Assembly (NCBI GenBank): GCA_001938485.1
Contig: MQRK01219643.1
Coordinates: 3,601 to 62,702, forward strand
Length of the DNA: 59,102 bases
Direction of reading: 5' to 3'
Origin: Girardia tigrina
Lineage: Eukaryota
Shown: one piece after another, positions 14,231 through 26,500 of the stretch
How the letters are laid out: every line of letters begins with the position of its first letter
Numbering within the stretch: position 1 is the first letter of the stretch
Notes under the pieces: generated by a model
What the model was told of the DNA's origin: nothing
Seen by the model: only the letters and a program-made list of their open reading frames with translations
The model's database searches: none
Made by a program: the position numbers and the translations under genes

Positions 14231-14479
14231 AAAGATTAAAATTTATTAGTGTTTGGATATGTGTATATCTTTAACTTATTCTAAGAGTCGTCATGGAGAA
14301 AAGACTTGCAATTAATAACATTAATACTATTCATAAATTACTTTATGTCTACTTACCGTTTTTTGGAATAAAAATAGATTAGGAAAACGATTAAAAAATT
14401 CAAAATAATGTACTTATTTAGGTGAATTTGAAAAAAACAAGTGCAAATTAAATTCAAACTAACATTTCTTTAGGTAACA

Positions 14480-15240
14480 AATGAACAATTATTTTTTAAA
14501 AACAACACTCATCCATTAAAAAATATATTTACAGACAATATATTTCGACGGATCTACCGTCATCTTCAGCTCACTAATTAATAATCAATTCACCTGTATA
14601 TAAATACAAAAATGATGATTATGTAATCATTTGCATGAAATCATGCTAATCATTTAATTTAATTTAATTCAATCGCACAGCTGGTTGAGACTGCCGATTG
14701 AACATTGATTTTAGGGCAACGTGACCTAATTAACAATGCTTCACATGATACTCTCTCCCAATAACTGTCAAAATGCTTACACAGAATTTTGAAATTATCA
14801 AAATTAACATCGCATTTATATTTTTTCATATGTTCTTCAATATTACTCTCTTACTCTCTTTTCGGTCATGTTCTTGAATTCGTTTACAGAGATGACGGGC
14901 AGTCTCTCCAATATATGTGGCATCGCACCCATTACATTTATATCCATAAACAATATCAGAAAAAAGTGTTAAAGGTGTAATAGATTTATTACTGAACATA
15001 TTTTGAATTTTATGATCGTGATATAATTTTAAAATTTAATTTATTGTTAGTTGCTTGTAACAATGCATTTTTAAAGTTTTTAAATCTTTCAGCATAAGGT
15101 ACAATTAAACAATATTTAGGTATATTATTAATATCTAATGATCCTTCGATTTTTTTCTTAGATCCATCAGAAGCCAAACTCTGATTTTTCGAAAAATCTT
15201 TCAAAAGTATTTTATCTACTGCTTCCTTTATTAATTTTTT
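14480..15240 (-). mobile_element. Penelope-like element 3' remnant (GIY-YIG endonuclease plus pLTR)
   Basis: IVYGYKCNGCDATYIGETARHLCKRIQEH...FDNFKIL...CEALLIRSRCPKINVQ; 8-bp tandem duplication (TTACTCTC) shifts the frame; hammerhead core downstream. Confidence 0.88.
14522..14574 (-). ncRNA. Hammerhead ribozyme motif (Penelope-associated type I; stem I weak)
   Basis: CTGAAGA-T-GACGG-TAGAT-CCGTC-GAAA-TATATT: conserved core with a perfect 5-bp stem II. Confidence 0.6.
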
Positions 15241-15515
15241 TCAGTTAATGAGTAGAGATACTTCATGGTGAACAGAGATTTCCCCCAAAGAAATCCCCAT
15301 GTGAAAAAATGTTCAAAACAAATTCCCCATTTTTCAAATTGCCCATGACGAAAATTACCACGATTGTAGTAAATTCTTAACATTTGTTTTAACAAATTAT
15401 TTTACGAAAATTTGGTTTAAATGATTTAAATTTTAATAATTAAAATCGCAGTAATGGATATTTGCAAATAAAAGAGAGGCAACAATGTTTCAATATAAAT
15501 ATTTATTTATAAGAT

Positions 15516-15766
15516 AATAATATTATTAATAAAAAAAATTTTTATCAAAACAACCACGTTTTTCAAGCATTACCAATTACTAAAAAGAGGAAAACAATTT
15601 TTTTTCTAGACATGTGCGAAATTTTATACCTAACCAAAAACGTGGGGCCGAGTATAAAATTTCGCACATGTCTAGAAAAAAAATTATTTTCCTCTTTTTA
15701 GTGCATTGGTAATGCTTGAAAAACGTGGTTGTTTTTATAAAAAAATTTTTTATTAATAATATTATT
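15516..15766. repeat. Long imperfect palindrome (about 114-bp arms, 22-nt loop)
   Basis: 15516-15629 is the reverse complement of 15652-15766 with a few mismatches. Confidence 0.9.
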
Positions 15767-18700
15767 TAACNNNNNNNNNNNNNNNNNNNNNNNNNNNNNN
15801 NNNNNNNNNNNNNNNNNNNNGTTATCATTTAGGAATTCAAATCTTTCGATTGATTTCGAATAACAGAAATGATAATAAAACCAAAATAACAAAGTTTTAT
15901 TTTAATAAAAGTAAGTTTTATTTCAAAATAATTTTTTTGAACGTATTAATTAATATTATTGATTTTTTTCATAAAGTTAAATTATAGCATATGCGGTTTA
16001 TGTAGAGCCGTAAATGTTTTAAAATATTGTATTGTCATCGGAAGCAAGCCTGTATAAAAAAATCAGCTCAATTGGATGACTGAAAGTGGTCGAGAAATCA
16101 ATCGCAAGATTTGTTCCAGACAAGAAAGCAAGCTAATAAAAACGTGGTAAAAATCTGTAATCTTCATCTGCAATTGAATCTTGCTTTAATCTTCCGAATA
16201 TTTTCCAAAATCTATATTTTAAAATAATTGCCAAATTCGATTATTTAAACCACCATTAATTTAATTTAATTTGATGTATTTTAATTAAATTCAACTTATG
16301 ATGAATTTAATTAAATTGCGTCAAACCATTCTAAATTATAGTATAAATTTGGAGACAACATACTTTACAACATAAAACACAACACAAAACATTCGTGACA
16401 TCGGTATCACCGTTATAAGAGGAAAATTTTCACTATTAATTTGAATGTATTTTATGCTATTTTTTAATTTACACTTTTCAATTTTAGTATGTTCTTTATT
16501 TAATCTCGATATTTTTATCACTTATTACAAATTGTAATACTGTATCGATGCGAACGAATTTATATTTTATTATTATCGAATATTGTTACTATTCAAGAAA
16601 CGAATAAAAAAATTGCTTATGCTCAATTTATTGTAAAACAATCAATTTTAGTATCGAAATTCGTTCAAATATATATTCGTGATCAAAACATTAAGCTTCA
16701 CAAGTCCAAGTTCTAATTTCGACTGCGCACCTCTGCTACAACAGTAGATCGGGCAGAACAACGCTGTGATATTCGACGTCTGAAATCATCGCACTGACGA
16801 AAATTCAATGTTGCAATAAAACTTTTAATAGGTTTGATAAAATAAAACAATTACTTAAATTAAAACCTATATTGGTTTATTTAATAACACAGAAAAACTA
16901 AAAATCATAACATTTTTACCATAAGTCGGGTACTTATTGAAGGCACCACGTAGCTTTTATCAGTCTAAATAATGGGAAAAGTTATAATGGATTAATATGA
17001 ATTTAGTGGATTATGACAAATTGAATTGTAACAATATGAAATGACGAGATGAAACTCTTCAAATGCTACATAAAGTTGGTCTATATATGTTAAAGCATTC
17101 CTCCTATGCAGATGAGTCAATCCCCGTCCTTTCAGTGTTCTAATAACTATTTGTGAGACGAGATGATCGTACTCATGACAGAGCATGGAAAGACAAAATC
17201 AATACAATATCTATTTTATTAAAAAATACAATATACAAAAATAAAACGAATACAAAATTCGATTTTTCAATGAAGAATAAAATATTTATGGGTTTTCTTT
17301 GTATTTCTTCGGCTCGTCATCGATTTCACTCGGTACAGACGAATGCCTCTTTCTCGAATAATCCGGTCTGAATCAAAACATGTATAAGCAAGCGAATCAC
17401 GGCCGTGTCGATAGATATTTTTATTTTTCAATTAATAATCAAGAAGGATAATTGTTGTTCAAATCAATATGGGTTGATGTCCTATAATCAGTCTCTCGAA
17501 TAATAGATCACTTCATTTTGTAACTCATTAATTATTTCCACAAAGTTATTGGTTCGGTTTTCGTTTGACAAAATGCACTGTGCGCAGATCTGGTTGGAAA
17601 AGTGCGGAGTGGCAACTTCCTTTGTGAGTAGACGGCATTTACATTCCCCTTGCATTAAATGTGCATCAATAGATCCTGCTAATTCTTCCACAGCCGCATA
17701 TTCTTCTTTGTGCAGCTGTTTTATGAACGCTGCACCATTAATTTCATCGACATTTTTAGTTCGACATTTAGTTCCCTTGAATTGCAACAGATGTTGAAAA
17801 CAAACTTTGATTAACCAACTGAGATGTTGTTGCTCGATCCATATAAATGCATGCACTTGCCAATGAGACAAGTATGTTTTTAAATGAAATGTTACAGTGT
17901 CTTCACAAATCTGTAATCAAAAACCGGATACAGCAAAGTTATTTCGTGGCAGCGGAATCTGAGTGCAAAAATGTTTGTACTTTTAATCGATTATTGTAAA
18001 ATATTTTTTCGGTTCACTGAAGCAAAAATAAGCATAATTGCAATCGGCTATAATAAAATTTGCTGTGTACATGTAGCTTGTTGCTAGACACTCAGTTATG
18101 CTTGCACTAATGTTAAAACTTTTTAAACAATCCAAGTAAGCTCTAACTTAGAAACTTGTGTGGTTAATTCGACAACCCACCATCTGTTGCCATCAATGGT
18201 GAGACCGTGAGTGCTCTTTTTGATGATGACAGTTCCGGTGATGCTAATCCTATCATACGCTACATAAAGTCAGCCTCTATCTGTTCAAGCACTCCTCCTC
18301 TGCAGATGATTTCAGAAATTTAGACAATTTTCTGTCGCCACCACGGCATTCAACAGTAAAACGCAAACGACACTCGATAGTTTTGTAACACTCTGTATTA
18401 AAAGTGAGCTGAATGATTAGAAGTATAGTAGTAATCAATAAGCTCACTTTTAATAATAAGTAATAACTTGGTTTAACTAATCATATCATATTTAACAATA
18501 ATATGGACAGGGAAAACGAATAGTTTGTATCAATCTCAACAACAAAAAGAAGAGAGGAGTATATGGAATCATGAAATTTAGTTACTTTAATTTATAATTT
18601 TGACGATTGTTTAAACAAGATATATTGGAGAATATTTTCAAACAAAGGATGTTGTAAAGTTGTTCAGTGGATAATCTAAGGTATTTGAGATTAGTGGAGC

Positions 18701-18978
18701 GATTACTGTTGAGAGAATCGCTGTTGCCGAACTTGTGATTGATTGACATTTGTGGCTAGAAATGTTTTTGATGGCAGTGAGTGCGGATGAGGAATCTATT
18801 TATATCAAAAGAAATGCATTAAAATTTAATGTTGACAGTTGAATAATTCCATGACCAGAGATAGAAACGACAGAAATTTGTTAAATCCAAAATTTATTTA
18901 GAAAGTTATTGTTTATATAGAAAGATGACCATTACATCACAGTCTGTTACGTCAAAATACTCTAATATGATTGGACGA

Positions 18979-19214
18979 ATCTAGTAGCTGGTTCCTTCCG
19001 AAGTTTCCCTCAGGATAGCTGGCGTTTATGATTCCGTAGTTGAACCTGGTAAAGCGAATGATTAGAAGTATTGGGGGCGAAATGCTCTCAAATTATTCTC
19101 AAACTTTAAATGGGTTCGAAGTGCGCCTCTCTTTAATATTTTTGTTGGAGGTGTACATCGTGCCTAGTGGGCCATTTTTGGTAAGCAGAACTGGCGATGT
19201 GGGATGAACCAAAC
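18979..19214 (+). rRNA. 28S (LSU) rRNA gene fragment, about 235 bp, non-functional
   Basis: Conserved LSU blocks TCTAGTAGCTGGTTCCTTCCGAAGTTTCCCTCAGGATAGCTGG, GGTAAAGCGAATGATTAGA, TATTCTCAAACTTTAAATGG and TAGTGGGCCATTTTTGGTAAGCAGAACTGGCGATGTGGGATGAACC. Confidence 0.95.
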
Positions 19215-19326
19215 ATTTATCATTTAGACTAGGTTTACAAAACTTTATCAAGAGTGCTTCAGTAATTGTCCTTTCATAATTGTGATCAAATAAACAATAT
19301 AAACAATAACTTTCTAATTAAATACA

Positions 19327-19364
19327 GAACTGAAGATGCCACAAAAGTAGTGAAACATGTTTTC
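19327..19364 (+). ncRNA. Minimal hammerhead ribozyme motif (Penelope type)
   Basis: GAA-CTGAAGA-T-GCCAC-AAAA-GTAGT-GAAA-CATG-TT-TTC: stem I GAA/TTC, stem II with one mismatch, palindromic ACATGT stem III. Confidence 0.7.
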
Positions 19365-20335
19365 GAACAAAAATTTATTGATTAATAATTTGTATATATA
19401 TGTTAGTGACACCACTGATTTACAGTTTTCTTTACTCAAATTTGTGTCACAACTAAGTGTTGTCCTCTGAATTTAAAAATAAAATGCACGGTATGCCACT
19501 CAGTGTTTTGGTTTGATTGACTGAGGTAATCATTGTAATGGGGACAGCTAGTCGATATAGTTGCGTGTTTAAATGTCATTTTAGAGAGTAACACCTAACT
19601 AAGTACAGTATTGTACGTTCCATTTTCAGGATATCGGTTATAATAAAATTTTTTCTGGCAAAATGCGCTTTATTATACTCGGAAGTTACTACGTATCCCT
19701 AAATTGACGATATTATAAATAATTAAGAATGTACCGGCTTCGGTTCCGGCAAAAGTCTACCGGTTTTGATGCTGTTTTTTGATCAATGTTTACAAGACTT
19801 AGACACTCATAAATAATGCTATTAAAAAAACAAGTGATGGTATAATATGATCTCAAAAATGATGCTTTTACAGGTGCAGTTATACAGATTTTATTATGCT
19901 GATATCATTTTTAATAGATTTTATATTATAAAATAAATTATTTTCTATAAAAGTAAATCGTTTTTACGATCATTTAACATTTGCATTAACCTCTAATTAC
20001 ATTAATTAATTTTTAAAAAGTTAAAAATGGTAAATATATAATTATAATATAGTATGATAAAGGAGAAATATTTTTAGATTTCTTATTTTATATTTGTACG
20101 ATCCGCTTCAACTATTTTCACTGATTTAACGGTGCCACATCTCGAATAAATTGCTCAACAAATTATCCTTTTTTGCATCATTTTTATTCCTTCGATAAAC
20201 TTTCAATTGTTCGTGTGTTTTACTAATGTTCCAAATGTTTTACTAATAATTCATTTTTCTTCACGCATTAATGCTCTTAAATCGATGGGGACCAATAACC
20301 GTTTCCAATCACTAATTACTAGGAATTTACCAAGG

Positions 20336-20753
20336 AGTTATTGGTTATTATTTCCTTCGTCCTTTTTTTATAATTTTTTGTTATTGTGTGTTGTCTGGTT
20401 TAGGTTCTGGGTGGACTTTGTACCCACTTTTAACTAATTGGGTTTTTCATATGGGTTCTGCTGTTGACTTTGCTATTTTTTCTTTACATTTGGCTGGAGT
20501 TAGGTCTATTTTTGGAGCTATTAATTTTATTGCTACTATTGTTAACATGAAGGGGGTTAAGAGTTTTATTTTATTGGTTTTGTTTGTGTGATCTATTTTG
20601 ATTACTGTGTTGTTGTTGTTGCTTGCTTTGCCTGTTTTGGCAGCTGGGTTGACTATGTTGTTGACTGATCGGAATTTTAATACTACTTTTTTTGATCCTA
20701 ATGGTGGAGGGATCCTATTTTGTTTCAACATATATTTTGATTTTTTGGGCATC
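20336..20753 (+). pseudogene. cox1: Nuclear mitochondrial insertion (NUMT) of cox1
   Basis: SYWLL...GSGWTLYP...[21 protein letters not shown]...[24 protein letters not shown]...FWFFGH when TGA=Trp and AGG=Ser; frameshifts in a T-run (about 20365) and a G-run (about 20710). Confidence 0.95.
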
Positions 20754-20907
20754 AGTGTGGACTAGTTCAGTGTGTAAATATTTTGATATAGAGCCTTCCG
20801 AGACACATGCAAGTCAACATTGCTCTTTGACAATCAGGATACAAGGCAAATGATAGAGCTTGCTAGCCTCCAGAAAAATAAACAAGAGTGCTGCTCATAT
20901 TCATCTA

Positions 20908-22200
20908 CAGTGCGTTCCAAAAGTCTGTTCGCACCCATGGAAATTTTGATTTATGCTATTTATTAATTTTTTTAATTTGTTTAAATGCTTTAATTTAAAT
21001 CATTTTAGTAAATTTAAAATTGAAATATCAAGACCATCTTTTTTCAATATGAATTAATTAAATGTCCATCTTTTAGATTCAATGTCAACTCGAAATATAG
21101 ATATAAGGTTTAGGATTATTATTGTAGAATTAATGAACGAGGGTCATTCAACGGGTCGGATACAAGAAATTATGAAGGTTAGACATGGTATTATTGTTTC
21201 AAAGCGGGGCATTCAAAAAATTGTACATAAGTACAAGACATTAGGTACATATGAAGATAAAAAACGTAGTGGACGACCTTCAAAATTACCAAAACGTTCT
21301 GAAAGAATTATTCGCCGTATATGCTTGAAAAATAGGCGTATGTCGATAATTAAAATAACAGGAGCTTTCAATGCAGCTGGAATGATACATGCATCAGGAA
21401 GTACAGTGAATAGAATTTTGATAAAGTACGGCTTAAAAAGTCATTATGCTGTTTGCAAGCCTTTATTGAATGGAAAGCAACGAAAAAGAATAGTTGAATG
21501 GGGTCGGGATAAACAAAATTGGGACATCGATAAGTGGTTGAATGTAGTTTTTAGCGATGTTCCGCACATACAGCCACACTCGTAGTGAAATCGTTAGAAG
21601 GTTTGACAATGAAAGGCTTAGTCACAGTTGTACTAAGAAGGTCCTCCAACACGGTACCAAAGTTCATGTATGGGGATCTTTCTCCAGATTTGGTGTTGGT
21701 ATCTTAAAACGGATAAACGGAAATTTTAATTCGAAGAACTATCAAGACCTAATTGTCAATAACATAGACATTACAGGGCAATGCTTGGTATTCCCCCTTC
21801 CAAATTTAATATTTCAGCAAGACAATGCGCCTTGCCATCGATCAGCATCAACAGTGATTGATTGGCCTGCCAACTCACCAGATGTAAACCCAATTGAGAA
21901 TTTGTGGTGTATTATAAAGAGAAAAATAAATAATATGGATACTTTGAATTCAGAGAAAATGTGGATAGAAATACAAAAGTTATGGTACAACATACCAAGT
22001 TCTTTATGTCGTCGACTTGTCGATTCGATGCCGCGAAGGGTGTCTTCAATCACCAAAATGAAAGGGTACCACACAAAATATTAAAAATAACATTTTTATT
22101 TGTAAATATAATATTTACTTCCACTTCATCGTCTTTTTACTTAGGAAATTTGTATAAGTGATGATTTTTATGGGTGTGAACAGACTTTTGGAACGCACTG
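20908..22200 (+). mobile_element. Tc1 transposon, defective
   Basis: 31-bp TIRs CAGTGCGTTCCAAAAGTCTGTTC(G/A)CACCCAT, TA TSD; transposase 21082-22084 with a frameshift after VVFSD and D-E spacing 24 (about 10 codons short of DD34E). Confidence 0.95.
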
Positions 22201-22963
22201 TACTACTAATGAAAAAAACACACCACAGTTCAACAAACTCTGAAACAACGATCTCCACTTCTTCCAGAAAATGCAGTAAAACTCTTCCTTTTCAAATTTC
22301 ATTTGCATTTGCTTGACTGATTGATGAACTGTTAAAGTATAATTTTGAAGCTAGCTTCTTATTTGCCCATCGACTTTCAGACGTAATGCGTTTCTCACCT
22401 TCATTATATTCCGTATATCGTTTAATATTTAATTATCGTTTGTTTTAAATTTATAACTATTTGCAATGTTTGCAAAACCGGCTCGGGCACCGGCCGGATG
22501 TCAGAAAAGGAAACCGGTACATCTCTATTAATTATTAAATTATATTACTAAAACACAATTTATAAAATGATATCCAAATGGCGGCACCCAAATGAACTGC
22601 TCCTCATAGTCAGTCTCTCCTTCATTTATAACACAATCAAGATACGTTTGTCCTTCCCGAAAACCTGACAACATGGCACAGGCGACACGATTGTACAATG
22701 GGACATGGAAATCGAATAGATATTAGTACAGACAACAAAGAAATGTGACCAGTATTCGAATAATTAGTGGAAAACTCAAAGTCGCCAAAATAATCGATTG
22801 GTTTGAATGGAGAGTAATCAATAGTTGTTTATATTAAAAATTTAAAAATCGTAATAATTGCAAATAAACGATCGAGTGAATTGCAATAAGCAGCACAGAC
22901 AATGAGAAATCTCGAAATATTATTATTGTTAATTGAAGAATAATTATAATCACAGTTGACCAA

Positions 22964-23577
22964 TCAAAACAAAACAAACCCAAATGGAGATTGTTGTGTG
23001 ACTGTCTCGATATTTGTGAAGCACATGGCCACTCCGCCTCCCGCTGTGGGGATCAGGTCGCCCTAAAGTCACAATTAAACGAGGGTAACAACAAGTAGAT
23101 TCGATGTTTGTAAAAAGACAATTAAATAAGCCAGTGACAAGTACCTCGTGAAAGTCTACTTGAAATCGATCGTCTGTGACTGTTTGGTGCTGCAGAATGT
23201 ATTTATTCGACTTCTTGAGATCGTCCAGCTCTATTTTGGCCGACGACTTGCGTCGTTTAATGTTGAGCTTGTGTAGAGTACCGCTCGGGATTTCATTCTT
23301 TTCCTTGTGCTCTAGAAATAATTCTGCACGCCAACACGCCGCAATGATCCATCAATGATAGCAATATTCGATAATCAATAAAAAACCAACCGCCTTTGAT
23401 TTTGGATCGACGATAATATCGATTAAAATAGCCTTTCTTCGTCGACAACGGATTTACAATAACGCGTTTCTGAGAAGACGTTATCGTATTATTTGCCGCC
23501 GATGCGGACGAAATAATGGAACCAGATTTGTTGCTGTTGGAGATCTCTTCTTCGAATTTTTTGGCCAAAATTTTAAC
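22964..23577 (-). CDS. KIF23: KIF23 exons 10-12 (MKLP1 Arf6-binding-type tail)
   Basis: RYYRRSKIKG|ELFLEHKEKNEIPSGTL...KYILQHQ...DFHE|GDLIPTAGGGVAMCFTNIETVTQQSP. Confidence 0.88.
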
Positions 23578-26500
23578 CTGTGTAATTATTATTAAAAAAT
23601 AATAAAATCAGAGAAATCGTTTATTAGATATCCGTTGTCGGAATGTATTGTAAGTTATGGTTACTCTAAATCAGTGATTGTCAAACATGTCACTACCGCC
23701 CACCAAAGGACGTTTCGGAGTTTTTGGTGGGCGGTAGTATATAAAAATATTTCCTGTTAGTTCAAATATAATTGTTTTAAAACATTTTTATTCGATTTCG
23801 AAAACACACATATTCGATTTCTAGCTTTTCAGATGTGTGATGTTTTGATGTACCACGATTCAAAGCTTGCAGATTATTTACTTTTGTATTCATCGTCTAA
23901 ATTATTATTGCTGCAGGTGTTTACTACTTTTTTTGTATTTATATAAAGAGGAATTTTTACTAAACATCACACAAAAGGAGTTAAACACATCATTTGCTAT
24001 TATTTTTATACTACTTTGAATCCTTTTACGATGCTCCAGTTCAATAGACCAAACAACTTACAGAACCTTAATATGAAATGTACTTCGAATTTCGCTTTTT
24101 TCTTATACACGTTTAATATTTTAAGAAATGTGTAACTTTGCAGCATCAGCCTCAAAGATCCTATGAATAATTCAATTAGTCAATTACATTTAATTACAAT
24201 GGAATTTATGTTTCTATGTATTTCAAAGTATTAATAAATTAATATAAAAATAGGTTTTATCAAGTAGGAGACATGTGATACAGTGTATATAAAGTACATT
24301 GTCATGATGCAGTATGTTGTTATAAATATTTTCTAGTATACTAAAATATTGTTAGCTGTATGCTTTTATTTTCTGTAACTCTACTTTATAAATTGAATAA
24401 ACATTCCTACTTTATCAATTATCAATACTGTAGAAAAGGTTGGCGGTAGGTATGAAAAGGTTAACTAACCCTGCTCTAAATGAGCGCATACAATGTCCGT
24501 TTGCCTATCGTATTTAGTACAAAGTCATTTATCCAGATAATACTGAGAAAAACTATCAAATGTGATGTATACCAGAAGAAGTGGAAAGTTGTGTTATGAT
24601 TGCAATTTTTGTGAACAATAATGATGGGATGGTTTAGCAAATAAAGAAAATTCTTCCACAATGGAATTAATAATTATACAAGATTTGTATTGGAAACGAA
24701 TTTCAAAAACTCTTACCTGTAAACAACCAGAAAATGATCTTAATTATGAATTGGTTGAGAAATAAGCATTGAATATTCGGCCAGTGATTTACTTGATTCC
24801 ATTTTTAATTTCTTAGAAACCTTTGATGAAGATTCTGATAAGATTAGACTACTTATATTTATGTTCGTATAACTAACGCACAAAAAATTAAAATCGTAAA
24901 AACTTGAAACAAAATTTTCTCAACTTAAAGTGAAGAAAATCACAATTTTAAGTAAAAACTTTAAAAATGATTATTCAAATGAAATTATAAGGTAACATTA
25001 TAAATCCAAACAGACTTTGAAGAACATAAACACGACTACATAGTATAAATCCTCAAGCCACTGAAAACTTCAACTATTAAGTGTAAGATTTAAAATGTCA
25101 TATTTTTGGTACAGAGCAAAGATAAATAAATTAATTAAATCTTACAGAATTGCTTGGATTCACTCTCATTGAATCACGCTTCGGTTTCGAAGTTGACAGA
25201 AGATCGTTCAATTTCTTCTGCTTCAAGCGACTCTCCAATTCTTCATTCTGCTGCCTGTACTCTTTTAACTGCTCTTCTAATGATCGAATGTATTCCTCAT
25301 TTTTTGATTCCACTTCTTTTAAACGACGTTTTAGATTATTTTTTTCAATCTTTTCTGATTTTAAAGTCAATTTGAGATGTTCCTTTTCAAGACGTTCTTC
25401 TTCATCAATTTCATCATATGTTGATCGAAAGATATCGTATATTTGGTTTTGTTTTGTAGTTAGATCATTCGATATTTTAATCAGGGTCAACATGGTGTCT
25501 TGCATTTTATCACTGTTACTCAATTCATCCGCGTGGATCATTCGATATCGCTCTGCCATCAGCAGGTGCTTATCTAGTTCCTGTTCCATTTTACAGAAAT
25601 ATTCATGTTCATCTAAAGTTTCCGTCATTGTTAATGATGGCTCAATCATTGTTTTGAAACCACTGGTGATTGTGGCTGGTGTTTTCATGATTTGATTTGT
25701 TTTCGGTGTGTATACATTGTTGTGATAAATAATTCGGACTTCTTTGGCCTCTTGTGCAAACGACAGGACATTCTATTTTGTTGGTACAATGTTATCATTA
25801 ATAGATGTTTAAATAATTAAGAAAATCGTTATAAAATAAGGAAAAAATTATAATATAAAAAAATCCTTTTCGTTTTTTTGTATTAATTAATTGAAAAGTT
25901 GAGATAAAATTCAGAAAAAAAGCGAATATTTTTTATGATAATAAAAGTCCTTCTAATCCTTATTCATCTAAAATGAAAGAATCACAACATGAAAACTCAC
26001 AACAGGTCTTAATGTCAGCAAAAGTACTCTTCATACATTGCAGACAGCAAGTTGAAAGAAATATTGAAGCTTTCTATTTTTTGTGATGCAAGTTGTATAA
26101 TTCATACAGATTTTGATGAGTGATTTTTGGAAATTAATCAGAAAAGCAGTGTGATTTGTATTAACTATTTAACGGTGCTTCGATTCAAAGTAGTGACCTG
26201 CCAGTGTTAGTAATTCAAGGTTGCGATTTTACATTGCTTGTATCATCATTTCCCAGATAGACATCTGTAAAGAAAATTTACAGACATTACATTTTTTCGA
26301 CGATGCCCATATATGCTTTAAAAATTCCTTATTTGAGTGAACCTTGTAAAACTTTCTTTGGGTTTACAGAAACTTAACTTTGTTTTTTAATGGTTTTCGG
26401 TATTGGGTAAGTCTAATTTTTAATAAAATAAAAACTTGAACAAAACATTTTGGAAAAAATAACAACTGTTAAGAAAATAAAAGCGCCTATTGATTATGAA

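Larger units (their letters stand above)
18580..19470 (+). mobile_element. Degenerate Penelope-like remnant containing a 28S rRNA fragment
   Basis: RYIGE at about 18618-18632; ESIYIKRN...FNVDS at 18792-18840 (resembles a GIY-YIG C-terminus); pLTR-like tail with a hammerhead at 19327-19364. Confidence 0.55.
19724..22527. mobile_element. Old hAT-like element shell hosting the NUMT and a Tc1
   Basis: Ends TAAGAATGTACCGG / CCGGTACATCTCTA, subterminal CCGG repeats, flanking 8-mers TAAATAAT vs TTAATTAT (6/8), BED-like SVxKYF remnant near 20767. Confidence 0.6.

Noticed and set aside
15990-16150. Possible Helentron/HINE-like 3' end
   Set aside because: Resemblance from memory only; no hairpin or partner end established.
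17488-17871. 127-aa ORF as Helitron Rep (VHAFIW) or a Mab-21-like exon
   Set aside because: Only one short motif resembles these families; a profile search is needed.
18979-20753. Functional rDNA unit or true mitochondrial contig
   Set aside because: Both are short isolated fragments in nuclear repeat context, and cox1 is frameshifted.
25150-25695. 181-aa plus-strand ORF
   Set aside because: Antisense shadow of the KIF23 coiled-coil exon.
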